Shown here in pieces: positions 25,301-30,475 of a DNA stretch of 30,475 nt. The notes under the pieces were generated by a model. That model did no database searches. It saw only the letters and a program-made list of their open reading frames with translations, and was not told the origin of the DNA. The stretch is from Utricularia gibba. Its lineage: Eukaryota > Plantae > Magnoliophyta. The stretch is from assembly GCA_002189035.1 (NCBI GenBank), contig NEEC01000378.1, forward strand, positions 1-30,475, given 5' to 3'. Position 1 is the first letter of the stretch; each line of letters opens with the position of its first letter. Both the position numbers and the translations under genes were made by a program.

Positions 25301-28300
25301 TTTTAATCGATTTGCATCCTTTGACCTCATGAGCCATAAAGAATCGGGGCCCGGACCAAGTTCCTAGCGAGACTGGCCGCCACAAAACGAGAAGCTGTTC
25401 CTTGAAAAACCATGTAGGCAACACCGAAAACCGAACGTTAATAAATACATCACTTTCTTTGCCGGGCTACAACTTACTTTGGGCCAAGGCCTAAGCTGAC
25501 TTTTTCCGGTTCCAAGTGCACCCAAAGACCGCCTTCTCAAGTATAAAGTAAGTTGTTGAAAAAATCATGTGGGGTGCACGTGACATCATAATTTAAACAA
25601 ATGGATCATTTTTTTTAATCGATTTGCATCCAGTTGACCTCATGAGCCATACAGAATCGGGGTCCGGACCAAGTTCCCAGCGAGACTGGCCGCCACAAAA
25701 CGAGAAGCGGTTCCTTGAAAAACCATGTAGGCAGCCCCCGAAAACCGAACGATAATAAATACATCACTTTATTTGCCGGACTACAACTTACTTTGGCCAA
25801 GGCCTAAGCTGACCTTTTTCCGGTTCCAAGTGCACCCAAGACCGCCTCCTCATGTATAAAGTATGTTGTTAAAAAATCATGTGGGGTGCACGTGAATCGT
25901 AATTTAAACAAATGCATCATTTTTTTTAATCGATTTGCATCCATTTGACCTCATGAGCCATAAAGAATCGCGGGCCCGGACCAAGTTCCTAGCGAGACTG
26001 GCCGCCACAAAACGAGAAGCTGTTCCTTGAAAAACCATGTAGGCAACACCGAAAACCGAACGTTAATAAATATATCACTTTCTTTGCCGGGCTACAACTT
26101 ACTTTGGGCCAAGGCCTAAGCTGACCTTTTTCCGGTTCCAAGTGCCCCCAAGACCGCCTCCTCATGTATAAAGTATGTTGTTAAAAAAATCATGTGGGGT
26201 GCACGTGACATCGTAATTTAAACAAATGCATCATTTTTTTTAATCGATTTGCATCCAGTTGACCTCATGAGCCATACAGAATCGGGGTCAAGGACCAAGT
26301 TCCCAGCGAGACTGGCCGCCACAAAACGAGAAGCGGTTCCTTGAAAAACCATGTAGGCAGCCCCCGAAAACCGAACGATAATAAATACATCACTTTATTT
26401 GCCGGACTACAACTACTCTCGGGCAAGCCAAACCTTACTTTTTCCCGTTCCAGGTGCACCCCAAAGACCGCCTGCTCAAGTATAAAGTAAGTTGTTGAAA
26501 AAATCATGTGGGGTGCACGTGATATCGCAATTTAAACAAATGCAACATTGTATTCATCGATTTGCATCCTTTACCTCATGAGCCATAAAGAATCGCGGGC
26601 CCGGACCAAGTTCCTAGCGAGACTGGCCGCCACAAAACGAGAAGCTGTTCCTTGAAAAACCATGTAGGCAACACCGAAAACCGAACGTTAATAAATACAT
26701 CACTTTCTTTGCCGGGCTACAACTTACTTTGGGCCAAGGCCTAAGCTGACCTTTTTCCGGTTCCAAGTGCCCCCCAAGACCGCCTCCTCATGTATAAAGT
26801 ATGTTGTTAAAAAAATCATGTGGGTGCACGTGACATCGTAATTTAAACAAATGGATCATTTTTTTTAATCGATTTGCATCCAGTTGACCTCATGAGCCAT
26901 ACAGAATCGGGGTCAGGACCAAGTTCCCAGCGAGACTGGCCGCCACAAAACGAGAAGCGGTTCCTTGAAAAACCATGTAGGCAGCCCCGAAAACCGAACG
27001 ATAATAAATACATCACTTTATTTGCCGGACTACAACTTACTTTGGGCCAAGGCCTAAGCTGACCTTTTTCCGGTCCAAGTGCCCCCCAAGACCGCCTCCT
27101 CATGTATAAAGTATGTTTTAAAAAATCATGTGGGGTGCACGTGATATCGTAATTTAAACAAATGATCATTTTTTAATCGATTTGCATCCTTTGACCTCAT
27201 GAGCCATAAAGAATCGGGGCGGACCAAGTTCCTAGCGAGACTGGCCGCCACAAAAACGAGAAGCTGTTCCTTGAAAAACCATGTAGGCAGCCCCCGAAAA
27301 CCGAACGATAATAAATACATCACTTTTTGCCGGACTACAACTAACTCTCGGCAAGCCAAACCTTACTTTTGTCCCGTTCCAGGTGCACCCAAAGACCGCC
27401 TTCTCAAGTATAAAGTAAGTTGTTGAAAAAATCATGTGGGGTGCACGTGATATCGCAATTTAAACAAATGCACATTGTATTCATCGATTTGCATCCTTTT
27501 GTCCTCATGAGCCATAAAGAATCGCGGGCCCGGACCAAGTTCCTAGCGAGACTGGCCGCCACAAAACGAGAAGCTGTTCCTTGAAAAACCATGTAGGCAA
27601 CACCGAAAACCGAACGTTAATAAATACATCACTTTCTTTGCCGGGCTACAACTTACTTTGGGCCAAGGCCTAAGCTGATCTTTTTCCGGTTCCAAGTGCA
27701 CCCAAAGACCGCCTTCTCAAGTATAAAGTAAGTTGTTGAAAAAAATCATGTGGGGTGCACGTGACATCATAATTTAAAACAAATGGATCATTTTTTTAAT
27801 CGATTTGCATCCAGTTGACCTCATGAGCCATACAGAATCGGGGTCGAGGACCAAGTTCCCAGCGAGACTGGCCGCCATAAAACGAGAGCGGTTCCTTGAA
27901 AAACCATGTAGGCAGCCCCCGAAAACCGAACGATAATAAATACATCACTTTATTTGCCGGACTACAACTTACTTTGGGCCAAGGCCTAAGCTGACCTTTT
28001 TCCGGTCCAAGTGCCCCCCAAGACCGCCTCCTCATGTATAAAGTAAGTTCTTAAAAAAAATCATGTGGGGTGCACGTGAGATCGTAATTTAAACAAATGT
28101 ATCATTTTTTTTAATCGATTTGCATCCATTTGACCTCATGAGCCATAAAGAATCGCGGGCCCGGACCAAGTTCCTAGCGAGACTGGCTGCCACAAAACGA
28201 GAAGCTGTTCCTTGAAAAACCATGTAGGCAACACCGAAAACCGAACGTTAATAAATACATCACTTTCTTTGCCGGGCTACAACTTACTTTGGGCCAAGGC

Positions 28301-30475
28301 CTAAGCTGATTTTTCCGGTTCCAAGTGCCCCAAGACCGCCTCCTCATGTATAAAGTATGTTGTTAAAAAAATCATGTGGGGTGCACGTGACATCGTAATT
28401 TAAACAAATGCATCATTTTTTTTAATCGATTTGCATCCAGTTGACCTCATGAGCCATACAGAATCGGGGTCAAGGACCAAGTTCCCAGCGAGACTGGCCG
28501 CACAAACGAGAAGCGGTTCCTTGAAAAACCATGTAGGCAGCCCCCGAAAACCGAACGATAATAAATACATCACTTTATTTTCCGGACTACAACTAACTCT
28601 CGGTGCAAGCCAAACCTTACCTTTGTCCCGTTCCAGGTGCACCCAAAGACCGCCTGCTCAAGTATAAAGTAAGTTGTTGAAAAAATCATGTGGGGTGCAC
28701 GTGATATCGCAATTTAAACAAATGCAACATTGTATTCATCGATTTGCATCCTTTGACCTCATGAGCCATAAAGAATCGCGGGCCCGGACCAAGTTCCTAG
28801 CGAGACTGGCCGCCACAAAACGAGAAGCTGTTCCTTGAAAAACATGTAGGCAACACCGAAAACCGAACGTTAATAAATACATCACTTTCTTTGCCGGGCT
28901 ACAACTTACTTTGGGCCAAGGCCTAAGCTGACCTTTTTCCGGTTCCAAGTGCACCCAAAGACCGCCTTCTCAAGTATAAAGTAAGTTGTTGAAAAAATCA
29001 TGTGGGGTGCACGTGACATCGTAATTTAAACAAATGGATCATTTTTTTTAATCGATTTGCATCCAGTTGACCTCATGAGCCATACAGAATCGGGGTCAAG
29101 GACCAAGTTCCCAGCGAGACTGGCCGCCACAAAACGAGAAGCGGTTCCTTGAAAAAACCATGTAGGCAGCCCCCGAAAACCGAACGATAATAAATACATC
29201 ACTTTATTTGCCGGACTACAACTAACTCTCGATGCAAGCCAAACCTTACCTTTGTCCCGTTCCAGGTGCACCCAAAGACCGCCTGCTCAAGTATAAAGTA
29301 AGTTGTTGAAAAAATCATGTGGGGTGCACGTGATATCGCAATTTAAACAAATGCAACATTGTATTCATCGATTTGCATCCTTTTGTCCTCATGAGCCATA
29401 AAGAATCGCGGGCCGGACCAAGTTCCTAGCGAGACTGGCCGCCAAAAACGAGAAGCTGTTCCTTGAAAAACCATGTAGGCAACACCGAAAACCGAACGTT
29501 AATAAATACATCACTTTCTTTGCCGGGCTACAACTTACTTTGGGCCAAGGCCTAAGCTGATCTTTTTCCGGTTCCAAGTGCACCCAAAGACCGCCTTCTC
29601 AAGTATAAAGTAAGTTGTTGAAAAAATCATGTGGGGTGCACGTGACATCATAATTTAAACAAATGGTCATTTTTTTTAATCGATTTGCATCCAGTTGACC
29701 TCATGAGCCATACAGAATCGGGGTCAGGGACCAAGTTCCCAGCGAGACTGGCCGCCATAAAACGAGAAGCGGTTTCCTTGAAAAACCATGTAGGCAGCCC
29801 CGAAAACCGAACGATAATAAATACATCACTTTATTTGCCGGACTACAACTTACTTTGGCCAAGGCCTAAGCTGACTTTTTCCGGTTCCAAGTGCCCCCAA
29901 GACCGCCTCCTCATGTATAAAGTAAGTTGTTAAAAAAATCATGTGGGGTGCACGTGAGATCGTAATTTAAACAAATGTATCATTTTTTTTAATCGATTTG
30001 CATCCTTTTGTCCTCATGAGCCATAAAAGAATCGCGGGCCCGGACCAAGTTCCTAGCGAGACTGGCCGCCACAAACGAGAAGCTGTTCCTTGAAAAACCA
30101 TGTAGGCAACACCGAAAACCGAACGTTAATAAAATACATCACTTTCTTTGCCGGGCTACAACTTACTTTGGGCCAAGGCCTAAGCTGACTTTTTCCGGTT
30201 CCAAGTGCCCCAAAGACCGCCTCTCAAGTATAAAGTAAGTTGTTGAAAAAAATCATGTGGGGTGCACGTGACATCGTAATTTAAACAAATGCATATTTTT
30301 TTTAATCGATTTGCATCCAGTTGACCTCATGAGCCATACAGAATCGGGGTCAAGGACCAAGTTCCCAGCGAGACTGGCCGCCACAAAAACGAGAAGCGGT
30401 TCCTTGAAAAACCATGTAGGCAGCCCGAAAACCGAACGATAATAAATACATCACTTTATTTGCCGGACTACAACT
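22288..30475. repeat. Right domain: mixed array in which AB units are interleaved with C1/C2 junction variants
   Basis: A linked haplotype GCTGACC...GTGCCCCC...CCTCCTCATGTATAAAGTATGTTGTTAAAAAA...ATCGTAATTT recurs at about 23.0, 23.35, 23.97, 24.28, 25.2, 25.83, 26.14, 26.76, 27.07, 28.0, 28.33 and 29.9 kb. In fully formed state it is absent from the left domain. Confidence 0.85.
27143..27448. repeat. Chimeric monomer: A-type front, B-type back
   Basis: Alleles ATAAAG, CCTAGC and GCTGTT are type A (last A allele at 27265). GGCAGCCCCC, CGATAAT, GGACTAC and the CTAACTCTCG tail are type B (first B allele at 27290). Confidence 0.8.

Larger units (their letters stand above)
1..30475. repeat. Tandem satellite DNA array, ~313-316 bp monomer, ~98 copies, all in one orientation, running off both window ends
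   Basis: The anchor CCAAAGACCGCC is at 1 and 314, with a 1-bp-shorter copy at 630. CATGTGGGGTGCACGTGA recurs every ~300-316 bp to ~30,270. I counted 98 monomer heads by eye and saw no intervening unique sequence. Confidence 0.99.

Noticed and set aside
784-29933. About 95 short ORFs of 60-108 aa on both strands (e.g. ...RVSCSPANKVMYLLSFGFRG...)
   Set aside because: They are the same repeat read in different frames, begin and end at indel positions, have no recognisable domain and keep no consistent frame between copies.
1303-30140. Individual 1-bp length changes in homopolymers (G4, A6, T8, C5) as real polymorphisms
   Set aside because: They are mostly deletions, unlinked to other alleles and typical of long-read error. 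The recurrent GGTCCAAG of C2 is the exception and is kept because it co-occurs with other C2 alleles.
1-30475. CRISPR array (constant blocks separated by variable segments)
   Set aside because: The variable segments are two or three recurring alleles and not unique spacers. The period is ~315 bp and there are no cas genes or leader.
1-30475. Rolling-circle concatemer of a small circular replicon or viroid-like RNA (313 or 630 nt)
   Set aside because: A single template would give one sequence with random errors. Here there are linked C1/C2 haplotypes, recombinant monomers and phase slips. I saw no hammerhead core (CTGATGA...GAAA), no pospiviroid-type central region and no long self-complementarity.
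1-30475. Transposon, LTR or MITE insertion, telomeric repeats, or strand inversion within the array
   Set aside because: I read the full window and every stretch aligns to the monomer in the same orientation. I saw no terminal inverted repeats, target-site duplications, TTTAGGG/TTAGGG tracts or foreign sequence.

Overview
The whole 30,475-bp window is one uninterrupted head-to-tail satellite DNA array of about 98 monomers of ~313-316 bp (~44% GC, hand count on 1-313). There is no unique sequence, inversion, gene, RNA gene, transposon or CRISPR array; every ORF in the track is a by-product of reading the repeat. The array is organised at several levels. (1) Each monomer looks like an old dimer of a ~156-157 bp unit. 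(2) Two monomer types, A and B (about 40 differences by hand alignment, ~87% identity), alternate to give a ~630-bp dimeric higher-order repeat (HOR). (3) A second variant family (here C1/C2) replaces the junction half of the monomer, faintly before ~22.3 kb and clearly after it. (4) The breaks in A/B alternation fall into a recurring 7-monomer (~2.1-2.2 kb) pattern. The only clean break in repeat register is a 104-bp jump at 22,288, which is also where the two domains meet. Many small deletions sit in homopolymers or exactly where A and B differ, which points to long-read correction or consensus artefacts, so the fine-scale claims need raw-read confirmation. I cannot name the organism or satellite family from sequence alone; a plant (possibly grass) origin is only a weak guess. 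I found no novel coding system here. The interest lies in the nested satellite architecture.
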